From Vicugna vicugna (lineage: Eukaryota), in the NCBI GenBank assembly GCA_013265495.1, contig MU057711.1, forward strand, positions 1,240,001 through 1,304,000: a stretch of 64,000 bases of DNA, in the 5' to 3' direction. Under the pieces are notes generated by a model that saw only the letters and a program-made list of their open reading frames with translations, was not told the origin of the DNA and did no database searches. The position numbers were made by a program, and so were the translations under genes. Within the stretch, counting starts at the first letter, position 1. Each line of letters starts with the position of its first letter. Shown piece by piece: positions 1 to 11,380 of this stretch.

Positions 1-393
1 GCTGCACGTCCTTGGAGTTGTCTGCATCTCTGATCTCAGCTGTTGTTAATGTTGGATTCCTCCACGATGCAGGATCTCCCCACATGGTGGCTCCAGGCTT
101 ACCTCAAGCCAGATTATAACCACAGTGGAAGGAGAGAAGCTGTTTCTCATATTCCTTCAAAAGCCCTAGGGAAGGCTCTCATTGGCCCAGAGTAAGTCAC
201 ATGACTGCCTCTGAAGCAATCACTCTGACCAGGAGATGTGCTCTGATTGGCTAGCCTTGGCCACATGCCTGACCCCACATGCTAAGGAATGGGGGCTAGT
301 CAGGCTTGCCTGAACCCCATGCACTGAGACTGGGGGATAGAGACCTACATAGCAGAGAAGCTGGCTAGCAGAAAACAGCCCCATCTGCCTACA
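1..393 (-). mobile_element. MaLR (MLT1-type) LTR relic, truncated by window start
   Basis: MLT1-like tandem blocks 'ctctcattggccc...gtcacatg...aatcact...ctctgattggc...ccacatgcc', ending in ...taca. Confidence 0.6.
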
Positions 394-1789
394 TGTCAAG
401 CCAGGTTTGCTCTGCAGGTCAGGGGAGAAGTGCAGAGGACAGCAATGAACTGCACACTTTTAAATGTGCTGACTACATTCCAGGAGGGGTTTCCCACTGG
501 CAGCCCAGAATGCAATCAACCTGCTGCTTTTGCCAACCCCAGCACCTGTCATATTTCATCTTCTTTTAAATGGCTTCAAGGATATGAAAGTCATAAAAGC
601 AAACCCAGGTAGGGTCAGAAGTGGCTGGCTCCTCTGTGTGGAGGGCTGTCACTTTTGGGCTCTTTACTCTGCCACATATTTGCATGGCCCCATCGTAGCT
701 AAGCACAACCCCAGTAGATATTCAAATGAGGCTTAAGGGTCTGGGTGGAAATATATCACAACTGCTTGCCTGGCCCCAGGATATACTCAAAATAAAAAAG
801 TACAGTGGAGATTACCTTCTTCATAATTGTTGTATATTTCTTTGACCTCACAGCATCTTAAGTCGGATTTCAAAGAAAAAAAATGTTGTTTCTGAGCAGC
901 AGAGAAACATTTTAATGAACACCACAGGGTTTACTGATCACCGTTAATGAGTGAAAAACGAGTGTCCTGCAGGAACCTTCTGTCTATCTTTAGAAACCGC
1001 CCTGGATGATGGAGGGGCGGAGGTGATGGAACTGTGTGCGCGAGTCTGCAGACTAGAAAACAAAGACGTCATGTCTTTAAGGCTGTCTGTAATGGACACT
1101 TCAGGAGCCAGCAAAACTCGTTTGCACCTTTGTTGGTGCTCTTCCCAATCAATAGCAGTAGTTAAGCTGAGATTTACTGACTTCTGTTAAGAGCTGTGGC
1201 AGAAATATTCAAAGAAACGAAACTCAACAGAAACATTTCATTCTCACCAGGGCTCTTTATCCACCATGGTGATTTGGAGGATGCTTAATGAGAAAGGCTC
1301 TCTCTTGCCAGTATACACACTGTATATGTGTGTATGCGGATGTGTGCGTGCGCGCATGCGTCCGTGGCTTTAGTATCTGTTCATGAACAGACCCACAGTC
1401 TGCACCAGAACTGGGGAACTCTTTTGCTATTAAAAGTCACTGACTCACACTCCTGAAATCAATTGGAAGCCCAAGGAAGTAAAAAGCAATTTAATGTAGC
1501 CAGCTTATTTGCTTCTAGAAATGGGGACATTCTCCTTGTTAGCTTATTGAAATTAAGAGCAGGGAAAATAACAATCTATTAACTACACATAATAAATGAC
1601 ACAAAATATGCTTCAGTTTTATTTTAGAATGGAAGGGAGTGAGAGTGACAGAGATAGATAGGCAAAGATACAGATAGAGATGCACTTGAAATAAGCAAAG
1701 GACCACAGAGATAAGTGTAGAAGTAGTGACACAATGATTTATTGAATGCATATGAAGGACTGATCATCTTACTAATATGCCCCAAAGCC

Positions 1790-1935
1790 CAGGAGTGGGG
1801 AATCACATCCCCTTTATACAGATTAGGACAACAAGGTTTGGGAAGGTTAAGATATCTACTCAAAATAAAGTAAGTGGACGGGCTGTGGTCAACCCCAGGC
1901 AGCTTAACTCCAAGGCCTTTGCTCTGTGCCATGTC
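1790..1935 (-). mobile_element. MIR SINE fragment
   Basis: Resembles MIR core: 'ccctttatacagattagga...ggttaag...aaccccaggcag...actccaaggcc'. Confidence 0.5.
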
Positions 1936-2354
1936 TGGACCGCTTGTTTGTTTCAAATGTTGCTGTCCAAGGGATTATGTATGTATGTGTATGAGTGTGC
2001 AGGATAATTTTTAAAAAGTCTTCTATATATGTTTTTGCTTTTGTTTTGAATGGTTAATATAGTCCCATGCCACAACCATCAGAACAGTGTAACGAGATTA
2101 AAATGAGCAATGTGTGCTTCGTTCCTCTGGGGCGCCTGCGGCACCCCCCACCCCGCCACCTTTGCCATGCTCTTCTCCAGGACTTTGCCACTGAAGTCCT
2201 GGAGGCCTTCCTGCTCTCCTCTGCCCACTGGGATGCTGTGGTCCATCACACCGGATTCCTGGTGGGAAGGGAAGCTGGTCCCTCTCACACTTCTCTGGCC
2301 AGGATAGAGTTCCTCGAGAGGGGTGGTGGGGAGAAGGGATGAGTGTGTCTCTAA

Positions 2355-2668
2355 CACCTTTATAATACTTGTTACTCTCTCCTTTATAACTAAGAAGAAA
2401 CAGATCTTAGGTGCACTGCTTTCAGTCCCCAACACTGAACTGGGATTTAACAACTCTGGAGTGTTTAAAACTATCTTTATGACTATCTTCTTTGCAGTGG
2501 CAATGTTGGTTTTTCCATATAATTAGTGAGACAAGGTTATCTTTTGGAACAAATTTATTTCAAAACAAGACAGTTTAAAAGAAGAACATTAAGTAAACCG
2601 TCACACAGGTAGTACAAGGAAATACCAAAATTGTGAGGTTGGGCTGCAATAGTGGAAGCTTGGGAGTT
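2355..2668. mobile_element. Degraded hAT-Charlie-type DNA transposon relic
   Basis: End 'caaaattgtgaggttgggctgcaatagtggaagcttgggag' resembles Charlie-family termini; subfamily uncertain. Confidence 0.3.
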
Positions 2669-2759
2669 TAGAGCCAAGTTCAAAGGACATCTTGTTCACG
2701 TGGCTTACTTGATCCTGTTCCCTCCAACATTTGCCACCCCCCGCTCCGTACCTTAAGAG

Positions 2760-2975
2760 ATTTCAGCTCACACTGAGTGTTCTCATTGGCTCTGCCTCCT
2801 TCAGCCCAAGTCTGTCTTTTCATCCCAATTAAGAAAATGCTGAGTTCTTTCAATCCTTACTCAAACGACATGGTTTTGTATTCCTCTCCATTTTAATCAC
2901 CCTCTTCCAGATGATCATCTTGTCAATGTTCTTCTGAAATCTGATACTTCAATGTAGCTCCTGAGGTCCCCTCTT
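2760..2975 (-). mobile_element. CR1/L3 LINE fragment
   Basis: 'agttctttcaatcc...catggtttt...cttgtcaatgttcttctgaaa' resembles antisense L3/CR1 3' region. Confidence 0.4.
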
Positions 2976-3039
2976 TTGATGTTACCCAAGACTGTGTGTG
3001 TGCTAGACACAAGCTTTTTCCCTCAGTCAAAGTGGGGTC

Positions 3040-3200
3040 ATGTTATGGGAACAATTTTGTAGCCTGCTCTTTTCTGTTTACTCGCACATCACAAGAATCT
3101 TTTCAAAGCCATAAATATACATCTGCTAAATCATTGTTAATGGCTGCATAAAAGCTTAGTGAATGGATGTACCGTAATTTACTTAAACAGGCCTTTAGTT
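3040..3200 (-). mobile_element. Ancient L1 (L1ME-like) 3' fragment
   Basis: 'tcattgttaatggctgcataa...gaatggatgtaccgtaatttacttaa' is a typical antisense old-L1 3' motif. Confidence 0.45.
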
Positions 3201-3601
3201 TTCTTCCAAAATCTTCCCAACTACTAACCACATTATAACGAACTCAAGCCAGAGTTTTTGACAAACCATTGTCATTATGTCCTGAAAGGGTTTCCCTGGA
3301 ATCCCTTTTGTCATGCAATTGACCAGCCTTTCTAAGGAGAAAGGCATTGCTGCAGGTGCTGGAGATGAGCACCCAGGCAGATCATTCCAGTACTGGGTGC
3401 TGGAGGGTGTTCACTTGGGGGTATGTGTGAAGTGTTCTGAGAGCACTGGCAAATTCTGTCAAGAAGGTTGAGGATGGTTTCACACAGGCAAGGGCACTCC
3501 AATCAGACTTTGAAGAATAAGTGGGAACCAGTTTGGAAAGACTGAATTCAGCTGTTGGCCTTGTTAAAGCCACTCTGGACTTCCTACCAGACCCAGGTCT
3601 C

Positions 3602-4892
3602 AAATCTTTTTTTTTTTTTTTTGAGTTATAGTCATTTTGCAATGTTGTGTCAAATTCCAGGGTAGAGCACAATTTTTCAGTTATACATGAACATATGTAT
3701 ATTCATTGTCACATTTTTTTCACTGTGAGCTACCACAAGATCTTGTATATATTTCCCTGTGCTATACTGTATAATCTTGTTTATCTATTCTATATATGCC
3801 TGTCAATATCTACAAATTTTGACATCCCAGTCTGTCCCTTCCCACCCCCTGCCCTCTTGGCAACCACAAGTTTGTATTCTATGTCTATGAGTCTGTTTCT
3901 GTTTTGTATTTACGTTGTTCTTTTTTTTTTTAAAAAAAAAATCCACAAATGAGCGATCTCATCTGGTATTTTTCTTTCTCTTTCTGGTTTACTTCACTTA
4001 GAATGACATTCTCCAGGAACATCCATGTTGCTGCAAATGGCATTATGTTGTCTGGTTTTTATGGCTGAGTAGTATTCCATTGTATAAGTATACCACTTCT
4101 TCTTTACTCAGTCATCTGTTGATGGACATTTAGGCTCTTTCCATGTCTTGGCTATTGTAATTAGTGCTGCTAGGAACATTGAGGTGCAGATGTCTTTTTT
4201 GAAGTAGAGTTCCTTCTGGATATGTGCTCAGGAGCGGGATTCCTGGGTCATATGGTAAGTCTATTCCTAATCTTTTGAGGAATCTCCATACTGTTTTCCA
4301 CATTGGCTGCACCAACCTGCATTCCCACCAGCAGTGTAGGAGGGTTCCCTTTTCTTCACAGCCTCTCCAGCATTTGTCATTTGTGGACTTTTGAATGGTG
4401 ACCATTCTGACTGGTGTGAGGTGATATCTCATTGTAGTTTTGATTTGCATTTCTCTGATAATTAGTGATATTGAGCATTTGTTCAGTATTTCTTCAGAAT
4501 TGCTTGTTTAGGTCTTCTGCCCATTTTTGGATTGGGTTGTTTGTTTTTTTCTTATTAAGTTGTATGAGCTGCTTATATATTCTAGAGATCAAACCTTTGT
4601 CAGTTTCATTGTTTGCAAAAAATTTTCCCATTCTGTAGGTTGTCATTTTGTTTTACTTCTAGTTTCTTTGCTGTGCAGAAGCTTGTAAATTTAATTAGGT
4701 CCCATTTGTTTATTCTTGCTTTTATTCCTATTGCTTGGGTAGACTGCCCTAAGAGTACATTCTTGAGATGTATGTCAGATAATGTTTTGCCTATATTTTC
4801 TTATAGGAGGTTTATTGTATCTTGTCTTATGTTTAAGTCTTTGATCCATTTTGAGCTTATTTTTGTGTATGGTGTAAAATCTTTTTTGTTTT
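3602..4892 (-). mobile_element. Young 5'-truncated LINE-1 (ORF2 C-terminus + 3'UTR + poly(A)) with ~16-bp TSD
   Basis: ORF 4130-4450(-) [16 protein letters not shown]...[19 protein letters not shown]...[10 protein letters not shown] is the L1 ORF2p C-terminal cysteine-rich region; poly(T) at 3607-3622; TSD AAATCTTTTTT(T/G)TTTT at 3602-3617 and 4877-4892, followed by AA. Confidence 0.95.
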
Positions 4893-5770
4893 AAATTGAA
4901 GTATAGTTGATTTGCAACGTTATGTTAGTTTTAGGTGAATAGCAAAGTTACTCAATTATACATATACATATAAATTCTTTTTCAGATTCTTTTCCATTAT
5001 GAGTTATTACAAGATATTGAATAGCATTCCCTGTGCTCTATAGTAGGTCCTTGTTGTTTATCTATTTTGTATATAGTAATATGTATATGTTAATCCCAAA
5101 CTCCCAATTTATCCCTCTCCCCCACCCCTTTCAACTTTGGTAACCATAGCTTGTTTTCTATGTCTGTGAGTCTATTTCTGTTTTGTAAATAAGTTCATTT
5201 GTGTCATTTTTTAAAGATTTCATATATAAGTGATATCATATATTATTTGTCTTTGTCTGTGTTACTTCACTTAATATGATAATCTCTAGATCCATCCATG
5301 TTGCTTCAAATGGCATTATTTCATATTTTATGGATGAGTAGTATTTCATTGTATGTATGTGTACCACATCTTCTTTATTCATTCATCTGTCGATGGACAT
5401 TTAGGTAATTTCCATGTCTTGGCAATTGTAAATAGTGCTGCTATGCACATTGGGGTGCATGTATCTTTTTGAATTAGAGTTTTCTTTGGATATATGTCCA
5501 GGAGTGGGATTTCTGGATCACATGGTAAGTCTATTTTTAGTTTTTTTGAGGAACCTCCATACTGTTCTTCATAGTGGCTGCACCAATTTACATTCTGATC
5601 AACAGTTTAGGAGGGTTCCTTTTTTTCTACACCTTCTCCAGCATTTAATATTTGTAGACTTTTTAATGATGGCCATTCTGACTGGAGTAAGGTGATACCT
5701 CATTGTCATTTTAATTTACATTTCTCTAATAATTAGTGATATTGAGCATTTTTTCATCTGTCTATTGGCC
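4882..5770 (-). mobile_element. Older LINE-1 3' end (cetartiodactyl-type 3'UTR), 5'-truncated
   Basis: 'attgaagtatagttgattt...gatggacatttagg...ggccattctgactgg' antisense ORF2 end and 3'UTR, homologous to but distinct from the adjacent younger L1. Confidence 0.9.
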
Positions 5771-6924
5771 TAGAACTTCCTGAACAACTCAGACCACCTG
5801 GAACAGCTCAAGTCTTGGACGATGGCTTTCGATAAAAGACTGATCTCTTGGCCATCTTTGTTTCCTCTCCCTGGGAACCATGGTCCTGACCTTTCAGTTG
5901 TCAGGGATCTTAGGGACAGAGTGAAGTCCTGGACAGTGTGAGGGTAATTACCCAGGGATATATAACTGATTTTTATTAACCCCTCTGCACTCCCAGGCTG
6001 TTCACCGTGTGTGATCTTCCCCCAGCCCATCTGATTGGCTCTGCCTGTTTGGGATGACTGACAGGTCACTTATTACTCCTGCCTGCCCCTGCCTGGTCCC
6101 TCCACAGGCTTTTATTAGTCCTTTACCTGGGCCAGTTTGGGCTTGGAAAATACCTTTCCTTAAGGCAGTCTCAAGATTATGTTTTCTCACCTGAAATAAC
6201 TGGAACATTTATTGTTTTTGAAGGAAAGAAAAAAATCTTATAATTGAAGTAAAAGAGAAATATGCTTCTGGTTTTTCAAAAGTGTACCTCAAGACAGGGA
6301 GACAGTTCACCCTCCCCAGGGACTGTATTCTGAGTGAGAGAGTGGAGTCCTGCAGATATAACTCACTCCGGGAGGACGCTGTCACCACAGCCTCCATTTG
6401 TGAAAACATCCACCTAATGGTTATGGAAAACACACTTGTAAATTGATACTTCATTGGGTTGAAAAGCTCTTAAAATCCTGGAACGTCATCAAAAGCCCAC
6501 ACTTCTCCTAATGCAGTACCACTTCCCTGGAAAAAACATCCTCCAGAAGCCCCTTCACTACAAAGCAGGAAGTCGGGCAGAGATGGTTTGTAGCAAATTG
6601 GCAAACTGAGCTAAACTTTATTTCATTTCATTTCAGAAAGGATGGATCTGGAAATAACATTGCTGGTTTCACGTGCTGGAAAAATCGATGCTGTGATTTT
6701 TTATTTTTTTATCTTCTTTGTTTTTACTCCCTTGCCAGGAGCTGGTATAATAAGTCATTTGGACCATCCAAACGGATAACCAGCCCACAGACCCCGGGGC
6801 TTCTCATTGCTACCCCCAGGGCTGCAGTGATGGACAGGCCAGAGGACTCCAGCTCCTCCTTTAGCTAGGAGATCCTGTTCACACTTGGCAGGGCTCTTTC
6901 CCCCAAAGGAAATATTAATAGCAT

Positions 6925-7165
6925 GGTGTTTGCCTCTGTGGGCTACGTACTGTGCCAAGTGCTTTAAGTGCATTATCTCAATGAATCCTCCCTACTCTCT
7001 GAATTAGGAATATTAAAACAACAACAACAACAACTCTATCTTATAGATTTACAGATAAGGAAACTGAGGTTTACAGGAGTGACATTATTCACTCAGGTGA
7101 CACTGCTAGCGCACAAGGAGCCAGGATTGGAATCCAGGTGGGTTGATTTCAGAACTCAGCCATTA
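6925..7165 (-). mobile_element. MIR SINE
   Basis: MIR core 'tttacagataaggaaactgagg' plus 'gagccaggattggaatccagg'. Confidence 0.8.
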
Positions 7166-8319
7166 ACAGGTGAGGTGAGCAAGTGGAGGTACAGGTGTCC
7201 CGGGTCAGAGCTCCTCACTGACTGCACACAGCGGCTGGGGATGGGCAAAGGTGGGGCTTGTAGGGGTGACAGACTGGGGTCCAACTTCTCTGAGATAAAT
7301 TTATCTGATGAATACTGTTCATTGTGTCAGGAAGGAAGCTGCTGTTTGGGTAAAAGGGCCACTACTTAGGGACTCTGCCTTTGTCCCCAGAGAAGCCCGG
7401 AGAGGCTGCAAGTACCTCCCCTCTCCCTGGAGCTCTTGGTCTCCAAGACAACCACCAGGCCTACTGGAGAAATGCCCTGCCCACTGGGAGGCCACGTTCG
7501 GGCACACAGCTGGGAGCTAAGCTCGCCGGCCAGCTGGACCTAGCTGAGGGACTGGGGCCTTCTTCTGGGGCCTGGCCTTGCTCCTTAGCATTCATTTGCC
7601 ACAGAGAGTTCCCCAAATAAGTGGGCTCCAAAATCCTGCCTCAGATTTGAGCTTTGTTTGGAAGCTAGCAAGAGTCAACTCACCCAAAACCAACTTGTCA
7701 GACAAGAAACACTCCCATAGTCCACTTTATCCAGTAACTGAAGAATCTGTCAATGTTTAGCTGTGTCCTGCCTCTTCCTCAGGGGCTGTGAAACCCTACA
7801 GGAACCAGATCACAGTGGTTCTCCTTAGTCATTTTCCTACCAAAAATCAGAACAGGGTGTTGTTCTGCAACAGCAGAAAAGACTGGGTGTGCTTAAGGAA
7901 GAACCCACTTGTTTTTAGAAGCAGCAGGAGGATTGGGGGCAAATTATAATCTCCCTCAACAAAGCCTCCATGAGTTCAGTAAATCAGCAGTTTGATGAGC
8001 TGAGGTAGGACCATTCTGCCTTATCTTCAGGGTGGGTCAAGGCTCTGGTGCTTGAGTTCTGGCCCTTGAGTTCCCGAGTTCCTCTTCCCACCTGCCTGCC
8101 AGGAGGGGCACTGTCTCAGGACCCTGAAACTGGGGAGTAAGGGTGAGGGAGTCTGCCAATGAGGGCCTGTTAACATTCCATGATTGCTAATTTCTTTGCT
8201 TCCAATTCTGATTCTAAATTCCTCCTACAGCATGTTAAACGAGAAAATAATGACAAAGTAAGACTGGGAGTTAAAAGCGCTAGATAAACACAGGTTATTT
8301 TACTAGCCATAGTCTGGAG

Positions 8320-8641
8320 CAGGGCTTGGCAAACTTTTCTGGAAAGGACCTGATAAGAGATATTTTCGGCTTTGCGTTGAAACCTCTCCACCCCTGCTAT
8401 TGTAGCAAAGGCAGCCAGAGACAATATGTTCAATGCTGAGTGCTACCGTGTTCTAATAAAACTTTGTTTATAGACATTGAAATTTAAATTTCATATCATT
8501 TTCATGTGTCATGACGTGTGTTATTTCTCTTTTGATATTTTTCAACCATTTAAAAATGTCAAGCCATTCTTGGTTTACAGGTTGTTCAGAAACAGGCAGG
8601 GGGCCAGGTTTGGCCTCTGGGCCACATTTGCTGACCTCCCG
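8320..8641. mobile_element. MER58-type non-autonomous hAT-Charlie DNA transposon
   Basis: Degenerate terminal inverted repeats CAGGGCTTGGCAAAC ... TTTGCTGACCTCCCG; internal 'aataaaactttgtttatagacattgaaattt' typical of MER58; left flank GTCTGGAG resembles the Charlie NTCTAGAN target. Confidence 0.8.
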
Positions 8642-8714
8642 AGGTAGAGGTCTCAGAGAAGAAGGTATCCTAAATTCCTAGCCCTTGGAAGCCTGATGCC
8701 ATTAGCCATCCTCC

Positions 8715-8779
8715 TGGCCCCTGCTTAGCAGGCAGTAACTGATAGTTGTGGTGGCAAAGGGCGGTCCCCAGGTGGTGAA
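8715..8779 (+). repeat. Copy A of a 65-bp dispersed direct repeat (copy B at 10852-10916)
   Basis: Ungapped alignment to 10852-10916, 56/65 identical. Confidence 0.9.
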
Positions 8780-9139
8780 GCATCTCTCCATCCAGCTAAC
8801 GTATTCTTTTCCCCAGGGTCACCCTCCTGGCTGCTCACCTTCAATGCCAATGTGGAGAAAAAGGGCTTCCTTTGAACCTCCTCTTTCTGGTTCTGATCCT
8901 GTCCCATTTGTAAGGAGTATTTTTCCATTGGAATTCTTGACCTTTTGAGTTTTCTTTCTGGACCAAAAAGCTTGGGGAAAAAACAAAAAAGAAAGAAAGA
9001 AAAAGAAAAAATGCAGGTGCTCCAAACCAAAGTGTGTGCAGCCCATGAATGTGTCCCCATGTTGCAGAGTCTCAGCAATAAGCAAATTGCCCCCATGGTC
9101 CCCGGGCAGAGATCCTTCTTGATCTCTCTGACTTGAGCA

Positions 9140-9210
9140 TCTCCAGTGACAGCGAACTCACTACCCAAGTTTCTGGGAGCTCTGATGTTCAGAAAGCACT
9201 TCTCCAAGTC
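9140..9210 (-). mobile_element. CR1/L3 LINE fragment
   Basis: 'ttgagcatctccagtgacagcgaactcactacc...ctctgatgttcagaaag' resembles the L3 motif. Confidence 0.45.
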
Positions 9211-9419
9211 ACTGATCTCCATCATCCAGCACTTTATACACACTTATGGAATTTTGCTTTTAAGGGACATGGAACTTCTCACATCTGAGACGTCACCTGA
9301 GGGTCCAGTGTGAAAAAGCATAAAAATAATTAATTTGCATGCAACTAATACCTTGCATGACTAAAAGTAATCAAATTGGGCTGAATAATCAGCTGGGCTG
9401 ATCATGAAATAACAATAAT

Positions 9420-10140
9420 GCCCCGTCTCTCCCATCATTCCTCTTAGTCCTGCTCCCCAGAGGTAGCCAGTTTTAAAATTACCATTTTAGTTGAAATATG
9501 CTCTACAATTGGAAAAATCGTATACATCACAGGTATGTAGCTGGTGATTTTCACAAAGTGAATACTCTTGTAACTTGCACCCAGATCAAGAAATGGAGCA
9601 CAACCAGTACCCAGAAGCCACTCTCCACCCTGCATTCAAGAGCAGTCACTATTTTGACTTGGATACATTGAAACCACTGCTTTAACGGTTTCTGCTTTTA
9701 GTTCCAGCACTTTCTTCCATAGGTCTCACTGATATAATTATACTGTTGATTTTTGACTGATCAATTCTAGGCACTGTCTTTTGACTTCCTCCCATAGTAA
9801 AAATTTTAGCTTCCTGACATCAGCCTTCACTTTCTATCTCTTCTCCTCCAATTGCAATGAAATCACTATTCTTCCTTACTGATCACCTCTGCAGCTTCAG
9901 CCACATTCTAAGACCTCCATTTCTTCTTTCATTCATCACAGATAATACTACTTGCTTTTTAATTCCTTCCCAACCCCCTCCACCCATTCAAATAGGCTGT
10001 ATCTTTCTGTTATATTGTTAAGTTGAATAATCTTTATATTTTGTTCTGTAACCACAGTTAAGCCTGTGCAGTTGGTGTATAGGCTCATGAAACCCAATAA
10101 ATAGTGTTCAGGTGATTTTTATAATATTATTTATTGAGGA
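9420..10140 (-). mobile_element. Ancient L1/HAL1-like fragments
   Basis: 'ttttcacaaagtgaatactcttgtaac...cccagatcaagaaa...cccagaagcc' old L1 3' end; flanks are T-rich and HAL1-like. Confidence 0.45.
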
Positions 10141-10479
10141 ATCAAAGAATGTCCTAGGATTACAATCCACAGGTTCAATGTCGTGCTTTCTGAACCACTC
10201 TGAGAAGAATATTCTTGGAGACTGCAGGGCCATTTTACTTGTTTTCACGTTTCTTCTATGGTGAATGGAAGAAAAAGGGCATGTTATTAGGGCCGCAAAT
10301 GTCAAGGAGGCAGCCTGAAGCCTTCAGTTTTAGTGACACCAGGACAAAAATGCACATGTGTTGTCCAGCTTGGTGGCAGTCTTGTGTTCGCTTGTTATTC
10401 AGATCAACCCTATTCAGAGTGTTTGCTTTTACTCAGAGATGAGTGAAAGACTAGCGCTCCAAATGAGAGGCAGCATTCA

Positions 10480-11380
10480 CCTTTAAGATGAGGGTGGTGT
10501 CAAAAGCCTATGTGTTCTTAAATGCAGGTAGTCATAAAATCAGTAGCTAATTGATTTATGTCAGCACTCAGTTTTAGGAGCAGGGTGGCTCTGAGTGAAA
10601 AATACAGTATGTGGAGGGGTTTAATTTTTTTTTTGGATTACCCTTTACCAGGTAGCATGTAATTACATTAGTAATCGGAGTCCTTCGAGCGGAATCTCAA
10701 ACAAAGGATTACTGGGAAGGAAGATGGAAGAATGCTGACTTCACAATAACTCACTGCCTTCCTAACGTGATTATATAAATAAATTCAAGCAATATTTTCC
10801 AAGACGCTGGAGCCTGATCGTAAAGACGTGAGGGGGCCCAGGGCCTCCGCATGGCCCCTGGTTGGCAGGCAGTAACTGATTGCTGTCGTAGGGAAGGGCA
10901 GTCCCCAGGTGGTGAAATGTCCAATATCTCTGAATTATCTGTCAGCGCTCAGAAATTATTGAAACCGGGCTGACTTCTCCAGTGGAGAGCAGGAACATCT
11001 TGGCTTCATTTGGCTAAACAATGGGGTTAAAATGGAAACGCCCCGCTGTGACCTCCCAGCAGCCCACCCGGCCCTTCGGCGGGCTGTCAGCGACGGGAGC
11101 CATGCAGGGCTGGCTCTGGACACTGCTAACGTCTTGACCCCTGGAGTTAAGGAGCCCTCAGAGCTGAATTTCAGGCTCCCATCTAGCCACCAGCAGGGGA
11201 CTAGCTAATCCATCCTGTTTTGTTCTTCCACCGGTACCGACAAAGGCGGCGGTCGCCGTTGTCCCTCGGCTGAATGCATGGAGGTCCGGATGACACATCA
11301 GAGAGCAGTGACATGCTGTCCGCATTGTTTGCCAGAGAGCCTTTGAATCGCTGTTTTCACTGAAGCCCAGGCACTGCCTC
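10480..11380. promoter_or_regulatory. Candidate developmental enhancer (repeat-free, motif-dense, locally CpG-enriched)
   Basis: GTCATAAAA 10531, TGATTTAT 10552 overlapping TGTCA, GGATTA/TAATCC at 10635, 10706, 11206, palindrome ATGTAATTACAT 10657, SOX/TCF-like AACAAT, ACAAAG, CTTTGAA; retained CpGs 11040-11400. Function is inferred only. Confidence 0.45.
10852..10916 (+). repeat. Copy B of a 65-bp dispersed direct repeat (copy A at 8715-8779)
   Basis: Ungapped alignment to 8715-8779, 56/65 identical. Confidence 0.9.

Noticed and set aside
4130..4450. L1 ORF2-like ORFs (also 22218, 24839, 32463, 35970, 36212, 51673) as functional CDS
   Set aside because: All are truncated, frameshifted or stop-interrupted retrotransposon fragments.
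6610..6750. Possible splice acceptor (CTAAAC...TTTCATTTCAG)
   Set aside because: No convincing downstream donor or coding frame; cannot be supported without transcript data.
8725..9243. 172-aa ORF covering copy A of the 65-bp repeat; idea that the repeat is a duplicated coding exon
   Set aside because: Plus frames of copy A contain stops, differences between copies are mostly non-synonymous in the open minus frames, and the ORF crosses a CR1 fragment and a low-complexity tract.
10866..10890. AGGCAGTAACTGATTGC resembles the ends of miR-34-family mature sequence
   Set aside because: It lacks the central bases and full seed, forms only a short stem, and the stem is not kept in copy A.
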